A stretch of 64,000 nucleotides of DNA from an uncultured Candidatus Saccharibacteria bacterium. GTDB taxonomy: Bacteria > Patescibacteriota > Minisyncoccia > Phycocordibacterales > DSPV01. The stretch is taken from positions 7,535-71,534 of the forward strand of contig CAYGFK010000002.1 in NCBI GenBank assembly GCA_964349135.1, read 5' to 3'. Of the stretch, positions 27,532-36,698 are shown piece after piece. The position numbers and the translations under genes are program-made. The stretch's first letter is position 1. The number at the start of each line of letters is the position of its first letter. Below the pieces are notes generated by a model. It searched no databases, was not told where the DNA came from, and worked only from the letters and a program-made list of their open reading frames with translations.

Positions 27532-27900
27532 TAGTAGAGTACTCATTATTAGGTTATTCATCTAACCGCAATGAAATGAGATTATTAAGCCCTCCAGAGA
27601 TGTTTCTTCTGCTCCCGGCTCCATGCTCGGTCTCTGGAAGCGTGAAGTTTGAAGAAACAAAACCACAAAAGTCTCCCTACTGGGAGACTTTTGCTTTTGT
27701 GGAGGCTGTATCATTGACTTCATGGGCTGTTCTGTTATGATTCTCTTTACCGCTTTATGACGTACGCTCGCCTTATTCTAAGGCGGGTCCGTTACCGCTC
27801 TTTCGGGCGGAGTGGGTTATTAGTCCGTGTAGCGGTTCGAGTCTGGGATACTCTCGTGCCCCAAACCCGAACAGTTACATAAAATTTAACAATAGATATT

Positions 27901-29091
27901 ATGGCTACTTTTGATCGTTCAAAGCCACACGTCAACGTCGGAACCATTGGGCACGTTGACCACGGCAAAACGACTTTGACGGCCGCCTTGCTCCACTCAT
28001 TGGCGCTTGCGGGCCAGGAAGTCAAGCAGAAGAGGGTTGATGAGATTGACAATGCCCCCGAAGAGAAAGCTCGCGGGATAACCATTGCCCTTTCTCACAA
28101 TGAATACTCGACCGTAAATCGTCACTATGCGCACATTGATGCGCCGGGTCACGCTGACTACATTAAAAACATGATTACGGGTGCAGCCCAAATGGACGGC
28201 GCTATTCTTGTGGTTGCGGCGACTGACGGCGTTATGCCCCAGACGCGCGAACACGTGCTTCTCGCAAAGCAAGTTGGCGTTCCGAAGATAATCGTGTTCC
28301 TCAATAAGTGTGACATGGTTGGTGATGCGGAACTTATTGACCTCGTCGAGGAGGAAGTTCGCGAACTCTTGGATAAGCAGGGATTTGACGGAAAAAGCGC
28401 CCCGGTTATCCGCGGTTCTGCTCTTAAGGCACTTGAGGCACCGAGTGTTGATGATGAGTGGGTTAAAAAAGTTCTTGAACTCACGAATACTCTCGACACT
28501 TACATTCCGACACCTGAGCGCGATGTTGTTAAGCCGTTCCTCATGCCGATTGAAGACATTTTCTCGATTGAAGGACGTGGTACTGTCGTTACAGGCCGTA
28601 TTGAACGAGGTGTCGTGAAGGTCGGTGAAGAAGTCGAAATTGTGGGTATCAAGCCGACGAGTAAGACGACGGTCACCGGTATCGAAATGTTCAACAAGCA
28701 ACTTAACGAAGGCCAGGCCGGAGACAACGCAGGTATTCTCTTGCGCGGTACGAAAAAAGAAGATGTGCACCGAGGTCAGGTTCTCTCCAAGACAGGAACC
28801 GTGACTCCGCACACGGAATTCGAATCAGAAGTCTACATTCTTAAGAAGGAGGAGGGGGGTCGCCACACACCGTTCTTCGCTGGGTACAAGCCTCAGTTCT
28901 ACATTCGTACGACGGATGTGACCGGTGAAGTAACGCTTCCGGAGAAAGTTGAAATGGTTATGCCGGGTGATACGGTTACTTTCAAGGTGAAGCTCGTTGC
29001 GCCGATTGCTCTTGAAGAGCAACAGCGCTTCGCGATTCGTGAAGGAGGCAAGACGGTTGGTGCCGGTGTGGTTACCAAAGTCATTGCATAA
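27901..29091 (+). CDS. tuf: Elongation factor Tu
   Basis: [25 protein letters not shown] motifs; 396 aa. Confidence 0.95.
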   Translation: MATFDRSKPHVNVGTIGHVDHGKTTLTAALLHSLALAGQEVKQKRVDEIDNAPEEKARGITIALSHNEYSTVNRHYAHIDAPGHADYIKNMITGAAQMDGAILVVAATDGVMPQTREHVLLAKQVGVPKIIVFLNKCDMVGDAELIDLVEEEVRELLDKQGFDGKSAPVIRGSALKALEAPSVDDEWVKKVLELTNTLDTYIPTPERDVVKPFLMPIEDIFSIEGRGTVVTGRIERGVVKVGEEVEIVGIKPTSKTTVTGIEMFNKQLNEGQAGDNAGILLRGTKKEDVHRGQVLSKTGTVTPHTEFESEVYILKKEEGGRHTPFFAGYKPQFYIRTTDVTGEVTLPEKVEMVMPGDTVTFKVKLVAPIALEEQQRFAIREGGKTVGAGVVTKVIA

Positions 29092-29115
29092 GCTCTAATT
29101 AAACAGCCGTTCATC

Positions 29116-29508
29116 ATGTCAGCAACAGCAAAGACAACAAAATCCGCCCAGAAGAAGCCGTCTGCAAAGAAGGCGCCTCGGGCTGTGGCAAAGACGGCGG
29201 GTATATCCAAGCTACGTATTCGGGTTCGTGCGTATGAGCATAAGGTGCTCGATACGTCAGTGAAACAGATTATGGATACGGCGATGCGTTATGACGCCGA
29301 AATTCAGGGTCCGATTCCTCTCCCGACGGAGATTAAGAAGTACACGGTCAATCGTTCATCATTCGTACACAAGAATGCACGAGAGCAGTTCGAGATGCGG
29401 GTGCACAAGCGATTGATTGATATTCTTTCTCCGGCGCCAAAACTTATTGAAGCGCTGACGAATCTCTCACTTCCCTCTGGAGTGAACATAGACGTCAAGA
29501 TGGCTTAA
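29116..29508 (+). CDS. rpsJ: 30S ribosomal protein S10 with Lys/Ala-rich N-terminal extension
   Basis: Core LRIRVRAYEHKVLD…PIPLPT… preceded by about 30 K/A-rich residues. The true start could be the in-frame GTG at about 29176. Confidence 0.85.
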   Translation: MSATAKTTKSAQKKPSAKKAPRAVAKTAGISKLRIRVRAYEHKVLDTSVKQIMDTAMRYDAEIQGPIPLPTEIKKYTVNRSSFVHKNAREQFEMRVHKRLIDILSPAPKLIEALTNLSLPSGVNIDVKMA

Positions 29509-29514
29509 GGAAAA

Positions 29515-29542
29515 ATCGTCCGCTTCGGCGGGCGATTTTTTG
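29515..29542 (+). terminator. Intrinsic terminator directly after rpsJ
   Basis: ATCGTCCGC-TTCG-GCGGGCGAT + T6. Confidence 0.7.
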
Positions 29543-29592
29543 TTTGACAAAGATAGGGTTTCCCGTAACCTTCTTGTTTAGAAAGGAACCTT

Positions 29593-30204
29593 ATGAACAC
29601 ATCAGAAAATGCAGTATCTAGCCCTTCTCTCAAAGGGGAGTATTTCAATTCTCGCGGTCTGGGTACGGATTACGGATTAAATTGCTTTATATGTGACACA
29701 AGACCAACGCATGGTTTACTTCACAATATTGCGGCGTTTGTGCGTACTAAGGAATCAGGAGAGCTCATCGTGAGGGCGTTCAGGTACGGTGCGCGACTTG
29801 ACTACCGCACAGACGAACCTAACTGGATACAGGTGAAAGTTGGTTCGTGCGGTATCCATTTACCCGCCCTCGTGTTACTTGACCGGTCGGTTCGTGAAAG
29901 CTGTGTAATCACCGAAGAGCTCATTGTCCTGGTACGAAACAAAATCATCGACCTGGAGGAACATGGACGGAGAACGCGTGTGAAGGCTCGAGAACTCTAT
30001 CAATTGCGTGAGTTGTCCCGAAGGCAGGATGATTGGAATAAAGCTGTAACGCTACTGACTAAGTTCGGTCGCCCCCCTTCTTACGAAGAGATTAGCAAGG
30101 AGGCCTACGTTTTTTATGTGCGGGCTAGGCACGCGCGTGCCATTGAAGATTGGCTTGATGGAGAGCGGACAGCAGCTCTCCAGACAGACTTGTTCCTCAA
30201 CTGA
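29593..30204 (+). CDS. Hypothetical Cys/His-containing protein (203 aa) inserted between rpsJ and rplC
   Basis: Good SD (AGGAA-N5-ATG). No recognisable family. Bracketed by terminator-like hairpins (29515-29542 upstream; 30233-30272 and 30307-30325 downstream). Confidence 0.6.
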   Translation: MNTSENAVSSPSLKGEYFNSRGLGTDYGLNCFICDTRPTHGLLHNIAAFVRTKESGELIVRAFRYGARLDYRTDEPNWIQVKVGSCGIHLPALVLLDRSVRESCVITEELIVLVRNKIIDLEEHGRRTRVKARELYQLRELSRRQDDWNKAVTLLTKFGRPPSYEEISKEAYVFYVRARHARAIEDWLDGERTAALQTDLFLN

Positions 30205-30232
30205 GCGCACCCCCTCTTCTTATAGGCACTCA

Positions 30233-30272
30233 AAAGCCCTGCTCGATGAAATCGAGCAGGGCTTTACATTTC
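30233..30272 (+). terminator. Hairpin (AAGCCCTGCTCGAT/ATCGAGCAGGGCTT) with weak U-tract downstream of the inserted gene
   Basis: Perfect 14-bp stem with GAAA loop. Confidence 0.45.
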
Positions 30273-30347
30273 CCTCGGGTTTTGCTACCGTATCGGAATC
30301 ACAAATGAGCCGTAGGGCTCTTTTTAGTCGGGTCGTGATACTCTACC

Positions 30348-30944
30348 GTGAAATTTATTTTGGGTAAAAAAGTGAATATGACTCAAATTTTTACCGAAGA
30401 CGGAACGGTTGTTCCGGTGACGGTTATTTCTGCGGGTCCTGTTACGGTTACCCAGGTGAAGAATAAGGAAACGGACGGCTACGAGGCGGTACAGGTTGGG
30501 TTTCTCCCAACAAAAGCGAATGAAACGGAAAAGTCGGTGGCTAAGCGATATTCATATCTTAAAGAGTTTCGTGGCACGGACGCAGGTCTTAAAGTTGGGG
30601 ATACTATTGATGTCTCCACCTTTGCGACAGGTGATACGGTTGAGGTCATTGCGACTTCGAAAGGAAAGGGATTCCAGGGCGTGGTGAAGCGCCACGGTTT
30701 CGGTGGCGGACGTCGAACGCACGGTCAGAAGCACTCTGAGCGTGAAGCGGGCTCTATTGGAGGCGGAGGACGAGCTGGGGGCCGTGTAGCGAAAGGTATG
30801 CGCATGGCAGGCCGTATGGGCAGTGACCGTGTCACGGTAAAGAATCTTGTTATCGCGGACGTCGACCCTGTCGGGAAGCTTCTTCTTGTTCGTGGAGCTG
30901 TTCCCGGACGTCGCGGTACGCTTGTTGAAATAGTGAATAAATAA
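30348..30944 (+). CDS. rplC: 50S ribosomal protein L3 (GTG start)
   Basis: …LGKKVNMTQIF… L3 signature. Confidence 0.9.
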   Translation: MKFILGKKVNMTQIFTEDGTVVPVTVISAGPVTVTQVKNKETDGYEAVQVGFLPTKANETEKSVAKRYSYLKEFRGTDAGLKVGDTIDVSTFATGDTVEVIATSKGKGFQGVVKRHGFGGGRRTHGQKHSEREAGSIGGGGRAGGRVAKGMRMAGRMGSDRVTVKNLVIADVDPVGKLLLVRGAVPGRRGTLVEIVNK

Positions 30945-30946
30945 TC

Positions 30947-31639
30947 ATGGAAGCTGTTGTTTACAACCAGTCAGGCAAAGAGTCGGGCAAGGTAACCCTC
31001 CCTGAAGCCGTATTCGGTGTGAAGTGGAACGGGGATTTGGTGCATCAGGTGGTTGTTTCTATGCAGGCCAATGCCCGTCCTCACGTGGCGAAGGTGAAAG
31101 ACCGAAGTGAGGTTGCCGGAGGCGGACGTAAGCCGTGGAGACAGAAGGGTACGGGACGCGCCCGACACGGTTCAAACCGTTCTCCTATTTGGGTAGGTGG
31201 AGGTGTGACCCACGGCCCGAATCCGGATAAAGTGTATGCGCGCAAAATCAACAAAAAAATGCGCTCCAAAGCTCTTTTCATCGTACTTTCTCGAAAATTT
31301 AAAGATGGAGAGGTTCTTTTCGTAAAAGATGTTTCAGTGGTCAGTGGTAAGACAAAAGACGCAAAGACGATGCTTCAGACATTTTCCGGTATCAAGGGTT
31401 TTGAAAAACTCATCGAAAAGAAGAACAATGCCGCCCTCGTCACCATTCCGGAGAGAGATGAGGCAACCGAGCGCGGGTTGCGTAATTTCCCGAACATTTC
31501 GGTTTTGGAAGCGCGAAATTTAAATCCGGTTGAAGTTCTGTCGTCGAAGTACCTTGTTATCAGCAATCCGGAGTCGTCTATTGAGACGATTGTGGGGAGG
31601 GTCTCGAAGCAGAAAGTGGTAAAGGCCGTTAAGAAATAA
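30947..31639 (+). CDS. rplD: 50S ribosomal protein L4
   Basis: …GGGRKPWRQKGTGRAR… L4 signature. Confidence 0.9.
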   Translation: MEAVVYNQSGKESGKVTLPEAVFGVKWNGDLVHQVVVSMQANARPHVAKVKDRSEVAGGGRKPWRQKGTGRARHGSNRSPIWVGGGVTHGPNPDKVYARKINKKMRSKALFIVLSRKFKDGEVLFVKDVSVVSGKTKDAKTMLQTFSGIKGFEKLIEKKNNAALVTIPERDEATERGLRNFPNISVLEARNLNPVEVLSSKYLVISNPESSIETIVGRVSKQKVVKAVKK

Positions 31640-31643
31640 CATC

Positions 31644-32036
31644 ATGGGTTTTTTTGGATTTGGAAAAAAAGATAAGAAAGAGCCGAAACAGCCTTCACGG
31701 GCGCTTCAAGAGAGCGAAACTCAGGTTCAGCCGGTTGCTCGAGCTGTCAGTGCGATAGAAGGTTCTTCGACATCACTTCTCGGTCCTCGAATTACGGAAA
31801 AAGCTTCGTTTTTGGCTGAAGATGGTGGCGCTTATACCTTTAATGTCAGCCCTCAGGCCACAAAGGGTTCAGTTTCGGATGCCATCGAGAAATTGTATAA
31901 GGTGCATGTCGAAAAGGTTCGAGTCGTCCAAACCCCGTCGAAGAATGTCTTTGTGCGCGGGAAGCGGGGGGTGAAGAAAGGCGGGTATAAAGCGTATGTG
32001 TACCTGAGACAGGGAGAGAAGATTGAGATTGCATAA
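31644..32036 (+). CDS. rplW: 50S ribosomal protein L23 (with about 40-aa N-terminal extension)
   Basis: L23 core …AYTFNVSPQATKGSVSDAIEKLYKVHVEKVRV…. Confidence 0.85.
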   Translation: MGFFGFGKKDKKEPKQPSRALQESETQVQPVARAVSAIEGSSTSLLGPRITEKASFLAEDGGAYTFNVSPQATKGSVSDAIEKLYKVHVEKVRVVQTPSKNVFVRGKRGVKKGGYKAYVYLRQGEKIEIA

Positions 32037-32043
32037 GAGTCAC

Positions 32044-32895
32044 ATGAAAACATTTAAACCAACAACAAAATCACGTCGTCACTTTTCGGTTGTTACCTAC
32101 CGAGGCGTGTTGACTGAGTCGGAGCCACGTAAGTCTTTAACAAAGGGATTTAGACGTCATTACGGGCGCAATGCGCATGGTCGAATTACGATGATTCGTC
32201 GTGGGGGAGGAAACAAGCGTTTGTATCGAGATATCGATTTTAAATACAATAAGAAAGATATTCCGGCGAAAGTTGAATCGGTTGAGTACGACCCGAATCG
32301 AACCGGTTTCATCGGGCAAGTTATCTATCCTGACGGTGAACGCCGTTACGTACTTCTCCCGAAAGGGCTTTCTGTCGGCAACACGTTTATCGTCTCAGAA
32401 AAGGCACCTCTTGAGACCGGGAATCGTTTACCGCTCCGAAAAATACCAGTGGGTACGTTTGTTTATAACGTTGAGCTCAGGGAGAATGGCGGTGCCGTCC
32501 TTGCCCGCTCCGCAGGAAATTTCGCGCAACTTATCGCCATTGAAGGTGATTGGGCGCAAATCAAGCTTCCTTCTACGGAAGTGAGAAAGGTGAACGCAAA
32601 TGCGTGGGCGTGTATCGGCTCGGTTTCAAACGAAGAACAACATTTGGTGAATCTTGGTAAGGCCGGCCGTTCTCGATGGCTCGGCATTCGCCCGAAAGTT
32701 CGCGGTACCGCAATGAATGCCGTAGACCACCCGTACGGAGGAGGCGAACAGCGCCAGGGTCGTGGTCGTCGTCGTGCTATTACGAGGACTGGAAAACCTG
32801 TCGGCAAGGGCCAGAAATCACGTCGAGCGAAGAAGTACTCAAATGTCTTCATTGTCTCTCGAAGAAAAGTTGGTAAGAACCGAAAAAGCGATTAG
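32044..32895 (+). CDS. rplB: 50S ribosomal protein L2
   Basis: MKTFKPTTKSRRH… start; GRNAHGRIT, …VDHPYGGGEQ… motifs. Confidence 0.9.
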   Translation: MKTFKPTTKSRRHFSVVTYRGVLTESEPRKSLTKGFRRHYGRNAHGRITMIRRGGGNKRLYRDIDFKYNKKDIPAKVESVEYDPNRTGFIGQVIYPDGERRYVLLPKGLSVGNTFIVSEKAPLETGNRLPLRKIPVGTFVYNVELRENGGAVLARSAGNFAQLIAIEGDWAQIKLPSTEVRKVNANAWACIGSVSNEEQHLVNLGKAGRSRWLGIRPKVRGTAMNAVDHPYGGGEQRQGRGRRRAITRTGKPVGKGQKSRRAKKYSNVFIVSRRKVGKNRKSD

Positions 32896-32899
32896 AAAA

Positions 32900-32932
32900 A
32901 GCCCCGTTCTGCACAGCAGACGGGGCTTTCTT
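32900..32932 (+). terminator. Intrinsic terminator between rplB and rpsS (inside the S10 operon)
   Basis: AGCCCCGTTCTGC/GCAGACGGGGCT hairpin + U-rich tail. Confidence 0.6.
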
Positions 32933-32971
32933 ATCAACAAGATTTCCCCATTCTTATGAACAGAGCTCTAT

Positions 32972-33025
32972 TTGACATGAATTCGCCTTGTGCTAGTATG
33001 CCACAACGCTCTTAAGGGAGCTCGT
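32972..33025 (+). promoter_or_regulatory. Promoter-plus-leader-hairpin module, copy 1 (TTGACA-16-TGCTAGTATG-AACGCTC…GAGCTCGTTTTT)
   Basis: Near-consensus -35 and extended -10, followed within 10 nt by a hairpin + T5. Paralogous to 37707-37762. Confidence 0.5.
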
Positions 33026-33035
33026 TTTTCTTTTT

Positions 33036-33374
33036 ATGTCTCGTTCAATATACAAAGGACCATACGTCTACCCGAAACTCTTGAAGAAGATTGCGGGTAA
33101 GAAACCTGCTGAAGCCGGAGTTGTTCGGACATGGGCACGTTTCAGCGTTATCTCTCCTGAGATGGTTGGATTCACGTTTGGTGTTCACAATGGAAGAGAA
33201 CATTTGCCAGTATTAGTCACCGAGGAAATGGTTGGACACCGCCTCGGTGAATTCTCGCCTACTCGTAAGTTTACGAAACACGGCGGTAAGATGCAGAAGG
33301 AACTTGAAGCGGCTAAGAAACAGGCGGAAATTACCGCAGCGCAGACCGCAAAAGCTGCTCCGGCTGCTAAATAA
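33036..33374 (+). CDS. rpsS: 30S ribosomal protein S19 (C-terminal extension)
   Basis: S19 signature …[13 protein letters not shown]…. Confidence 0.9.
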   Translation: MSRSIYKGPYVYPKLLKKIAGKKPAEAGVVRTWARFSVISPEMVGFTFGVHNGREHLPVLVTEEMVGHRLGEFSPTRKFTKHGGKMQKELEAAKKQAEITAAQTAKAAPAAK

Positions 33375-33384
33375 ATAGAAGACC

Positions 33385-33783
33385 ATGGCACGCACGTTAG
33401 TAAAAAATCATAGACAGTCACCGCGAAAAGTTCGACTTGTCGCCGACCTTGTCCGTGGCAAGAAGGTCAATCACGCACTTACCGTGTTGAGCGTGCTCAA
33501 TAAAAAAGCTTCAGACCCTATCCGTGGCGCGATTCAAAGCGCTGTCGCCAATGCGACCAATAATCTCAAAATGAATCCTGACCGTCTCTATGTCAAAGAG
33601 ATTCGAGTTGATGAGGGTATTGTGTTGAAGCGATATATGCCCCGCGCGCGCGGTTCGGCCTTTCAGATACGTAAGCGTACGAGTAACATTTTCGTGTCAC
33701 TCGACACGAAAGGTCACGAAATAGTTTCAAGGAAATCTCAGCCGGCTGTCGAATTAGAACAGAAAGAATCATCAGAAGAATAG
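33385..33783 (+). CDS. rplV: 50S ribosomal protein L22
   Basis: L22 family. Confidence 0.9.
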   Translation: MARTLVKNHRQSPRKVRLVADLVRGKKVNHALTVLSVLNKKASDPIRGAIQSAVANATNNLKMNPDRLYVKEIRVDEGIVLKRYMPRARGSAFQIRKRTSNIFVSLDTKGHEIVSRKSQPAVELEQKESSEE

Positions 33784-33787
33784 CATT

Positions 33788-34456
33788 ATGTCTCACTCCG
33801 TACACCCGTATGCGCACCGGCTCGGTTATATTCGCGACTGGAAGTCTCGATGGTTTGGAGTACGTGGAAAATACCAGGAGAATCTCAAGGGAGACATTCT
33901 TCTTCGTGAATATCTTGCGAAACACCTCCGTGATTTTTATGTAAGTATTGTTGAGATTGAACGCAATGAGCGACAGTTTCGTATCATCATTAAGACAGCT
34001 CGCCCGGGTATGCTTATCGGTAAGAGCGGAGAGGGTGTGGTAAAGCTCAAAAATGAAATCGAGAAGCAGTTGCGTCGCTGGAAGCTTCCGACCGGTATAG
34101 AAATTAAAATTGATATTGAAGAAGTTCGTTCTCCTGAGTCGAATGCGGCCATTCTCGCGCGCATGATTGCTGAAGGTCTTGAGAAACGTCTTCCGTTTCG
34201 TCGTGTGATGAAGCAAACGCTCGACAAAGCAATGGCGAACCGGGATGTGAAAGGGGTGAAGATTTATTGCGGAGGCCGTCTCGGTGGCGCTGAAATGGCC
34301 CGTTCTGAAGAACTTAAGAAGGGGCAAATTCCGCTCCAGACGATTCGTGCCGATATTGATTTCGCCCGCGATAAGGCCCATATGACCTACGGAGACCTCG
34401 GTATTAAGGTGTGGGTGTACCGCGGTGAGATATTCGTAAACAAGAAGCGCACGTAA
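33788..34456 (+). CDS. rpsC: 30S ribosomal protein S3
   Basis: KH domain plus S3 C-terminal domain. Confidence 0.9.
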   Translation: MSHSVHPYAHRLGYIRDWKSRWFGVRGKYQENLKGDILLREYLAKHLRDFYVSIVEIERNERQFRIIIKTARPGMLIGKSGEGVVKLKNEIEKQLRRWKLPTGIEIKIDIEEVRSPESNAAILARMIAEGLEKRLPFRRVMKQTLDKAMANRDVKGVKIYCGGRLGGAEMARSEELKKGQIPLQTIRADIDFARDKAHMTYGDLGIKVWVYRGEIFVNKKRT

Positions 34457-34476
34457 TTTTCAGTGTACCTACAACC

Positions 34477-34902
34477 ATGTTGTTTCCAAAGAAAGTAAAA
34501 TATCGAAAGTGGCAGACCAAGCGCCAGAATCCGAAAAAGGGACGTGTTGATGTTCGTGGCTCATCAGTGGTGTTCGGCTCATTTGGTTTGAAGGCCATTG
34601 CTCCGGCACGCATCAAGTCGGAACAGATTGAGGCGGCCCGTAAGGCAATGTCTCGCTCAATGGGGAAGACCGGGAAGATGTGGATTAGGATTTTTCCCGA
34701 CCGACCGTATACCGCAAAGGCAGCTGAGGTAGGTATGGGTTCTGGGAAAGGAGACCCGCAAGGTTATTGCGCTGAAGTGTATCCCGGACGAGTACTTTTT
34801 GAGGTAGACGGCCTCGGTGACACAGATGCGAAGGAGTCGTTGCGTAAAGCGAGTACAAAACTCCCGCTCAAGACAAAGATTGTAAGCCGTGATATCGTAT
34901 AG
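34477..34902 (+). CDS. rplP: 50S ribosomal protein L16
   Basis: MLFPKKVKYRKWQ… L16 signature. Confidence 0.9.
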   Translation: MLFPKKVKYRKWQTKRQNPKKGRVDVRGSSVVFGSFGLKAIAPARIKSEQIEAARKAMSRSMGKTGKMWIRIFPDRPYTAKAAEVGMGSGKGDPQGYCAEVYPGRVLFEVDGLGDTDAKESLRKASTKLPLKTKIVSRDIV

Positions 34903-34906
34903 CGCC

Positions 34907-35104
34907 ATGTTGAAATCAGCTGATTTACAAAAGAAGAGTGAAAAGGAATTGAGCCAGCTTCTCGAAGGGAAGCGTAAGGACCTCTGGAATTTTCGTTTCG
35001 GGGCATCGGGAAGTAAGGTCCGCAACGTGAAGGAGGGTCAGACGCTCCGCCGAGACATCGCTCGCATTATGACTGCTATGGCGAGTCGACCGGTTCAGAA
35101 ATAA
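34907..35104 (+). CDS. rpmC: 50S ribosomal protein L29
   Basis: MLKSADLQKKSEKEL… start chosen at an internal Met to avoid overlapping rplP. Confidence 0.85.
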   Translation: MLKSADLQKKSEKELSQLLEGKRKDLWNFRFGASGSKVRNVKEGQTLRRDIARIMTAMASRPVQK

Positions 35105-35109
35105 TAATT

Positions 35110-35424
35110 ATGACTACCCAGACGAACAACACTATTAAGACGACGAAGAATCCGCTCAAGGGAACGGTTGTTTCTAATAAAATGAAAGACACTGTCGTTG
35201 TGTCGGTGGTTCGTTATAGTAAGCATCCGAAGTACGGCAAATACCTCGTTCGAACGAAGCGCATCAAAGCTCATGATGCGGGCAACACGTGCGCGATGGG
35301 TGATATCGTCCTTATCAAAGAGACGAAACCGATATCAAAAGATAAGAACTTTATCGTGCTTGAGCGGTTGTCGAAGACAAGCGTAATTGAAGAGGGCGAT
35401 ATGGTTGAGCCTGAAGCCAAATAA
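35110..35424 (+). CDS. rpsQ: 30S ribosomal protein S17
   Basis: S17 family. Confidence 0.9.
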   Translation: MTTQTNNTIKTTKNPLKGTVVSNKMKDTVVVSVVRYSKHPKYGKYLVRTKRIKAHDAGNTCAMGDIVLIKETKPISKDKNFIVLERLSKTSVIEEGDMVEPEAK

Positions 35425-35430
35425 AAAACC

Positions 35431-35802
35431 ATGATACAACCACGTTCAATTGTAAAAATTACGGATAATTCCGGAGCTCGCATCGGGAGAATTTTCAAAG
35501 TTCTTGGAGGAAGCCGTAAGCGCTATGCACAACTTGGCGACAAGGTTGTTCTTTCGGTTCAGAAAGCAGAACCGCGCAAGGCCATTAAGAAGAAAGATGT
35601 GCTTCAGGCCGTTGTGGTCCGCCAGCGAAATGCGTACCGACGCAAGGACGGTTCGTATATCCGTTTTGATGAAAATGCAGTGGTGATTTTGGACAAAGGC
35701 AAGATGGAGCCGATTGCGGGACGTGTGTTCGGCCCGATTCCACGAGAAATTGCCGACATGGGTTACCAGAAGATAGCATCACTTGCTCCCGAGGTTATAT
35801 AA
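35431..35802 (+). CDS. rplN: 50S ribosomal protein L14
   Basis: MIQPRS…NSGAR… L14. Confidence 0.9.
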   Translation: MIQPRSIVKITDNSGARIGRIFKVLGGSRKRYAQLGDKVVLSVQKAEPRKAIKKKDVLQAVVVRQRNAYRRKDGSYIRFDENAVVILDKGKMEPIAGRVFGPIPREIADMGYQKIASLAPEVI

Positions 35803-35811
35803 CACAGAGGT

Positions 35812-36087
35812 ATGAATTCGATGCATGTAAAAAAAGGGGATACGGTGACGATTATCGCCGGAGCGAGCCGAGGAAAAACCGGTAAGGTAGTTCTTGCCAT
35901 TCCGTCGAGCAATCAGGTTATCGTTGAGGGGGTGAATATGCGGAAGCGCCACAGCCGTCCTCGCAGAGCAAATCAGAAAGGACAGATTGTGGAGAAGGCG
36001 ATGCCTATTCACGTCTCAAATGTGGTCCCTGAATCCGGCGCACCAAAAAAGAAATCGGCTAAGCGTCCGATAAAACCTAAGGCCTAA
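35812..36087 (+). CDS. rplX: 50S ribosomal protein L24
   Basis: KOW motif KKGDTVTIIAG. Confidence 0.9.
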   Translation: MNSMHVKKGDTVTIIAGASRGKTGKVVLAIPSSNQVIVEGVNMRKRHSRPRRANQKGQIVEKAMPIHVSNVVPESGAPKKKSAKRPIKPKA

Positions 36088-36105
36088 TATCTACTATCTA
36101 CGCAT

Positions 36106-36642
36106 ATGCAAACCGTTATTGAAAAACAGAATAAAGCATTCGGTGTCTTGAAAGAAAGTCTCGGACTCTCGAATATTATGGAGTCTCCGCGCTTGGTAAA
36201 AGCGGTGGTTTCTGTTGGAACAGGTTCATTTAAGGATAAGAAAAAGAATGAAGTTGTTGAGGATAGGTTGATGAAGATTACCGGCCAGAAAGCGTCTCCA
36301 CGGGGAGCAAAGAAATCGATTGCTTCATTTAAACTCCGCCAAGGCGAGCCGGTTGGTTATCAAGTAACGCTTCGGGGTAAGCGCATGCGTGATTTTCTTG
36401 ACCGTCTCTTGAACACGGCGCTACCGCGAACAAAGGACTTTAAGGGTATTTCGACATCATCGGTAGACGAGATGGGGAACCTCACCATTGGTATTAAAGA
36501 GCACAGTATTTTTCCGGAGGCCGCTGATGAAGAGCTGAAAGACGTATTCGGACTTGCCGTAACCGTTGTTTCGACAGCAACGTCTAAAGAAGCGGCGCGG
36601 GCATTTTTCACCCAACTCGGATTTCCGTTCAGGAAAGAATAA
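36106..36642 (+). CDS. rplE: 50S ribosomal protein L5
   Basis: L5 family. Confidence 0.9.
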   Translation: MQTVIEKQNKAFGVLKESLGLSNIMESPRLVKAVVSVGTGSFKDKKKNEVVEDRLMKITGQKASPRGAKKSIASFKLRQGEPVGYQVTLRGKRMRDFLDRLLNTALPRTKDFKGISTSSVDEMGNLTIGIKEHSIFPEAADEELKDVFGLAVTVVSTATSKEAARAFFTQLGFPFRKE

Positions 36643-36698
36643 AATCTCCGTTCACTAAATAGTTTTCAACACCCTGTTCGCGAAAGCGAGCGGGGTGT

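Noticed and set aside
27829-27845. tRNA (GGTTCGAGTC T-loop-like motif upstream of tuf)
   Set aside because: Flanking bases do not form a T-stem or acceptor stem; no cloverleaf could be built.
27997-28812. 271-aa minus-strand ORF
   Set aside because: Lies entirely antisense within tuf, whose product has unmistakable EF-Tu motifs; typical spurious antisense ORF in a highly expressed GC-balanced gene.
33593-34381. 262-aa minus-strand ORF
   Set aside because: Antisense to rplV/rpsC. Other long antisense ORFs in the track were discarded on the same grounds: 39961-40500 (−), 59146-59781 (−), 16361-17059 (−), 51465-51938 (−).
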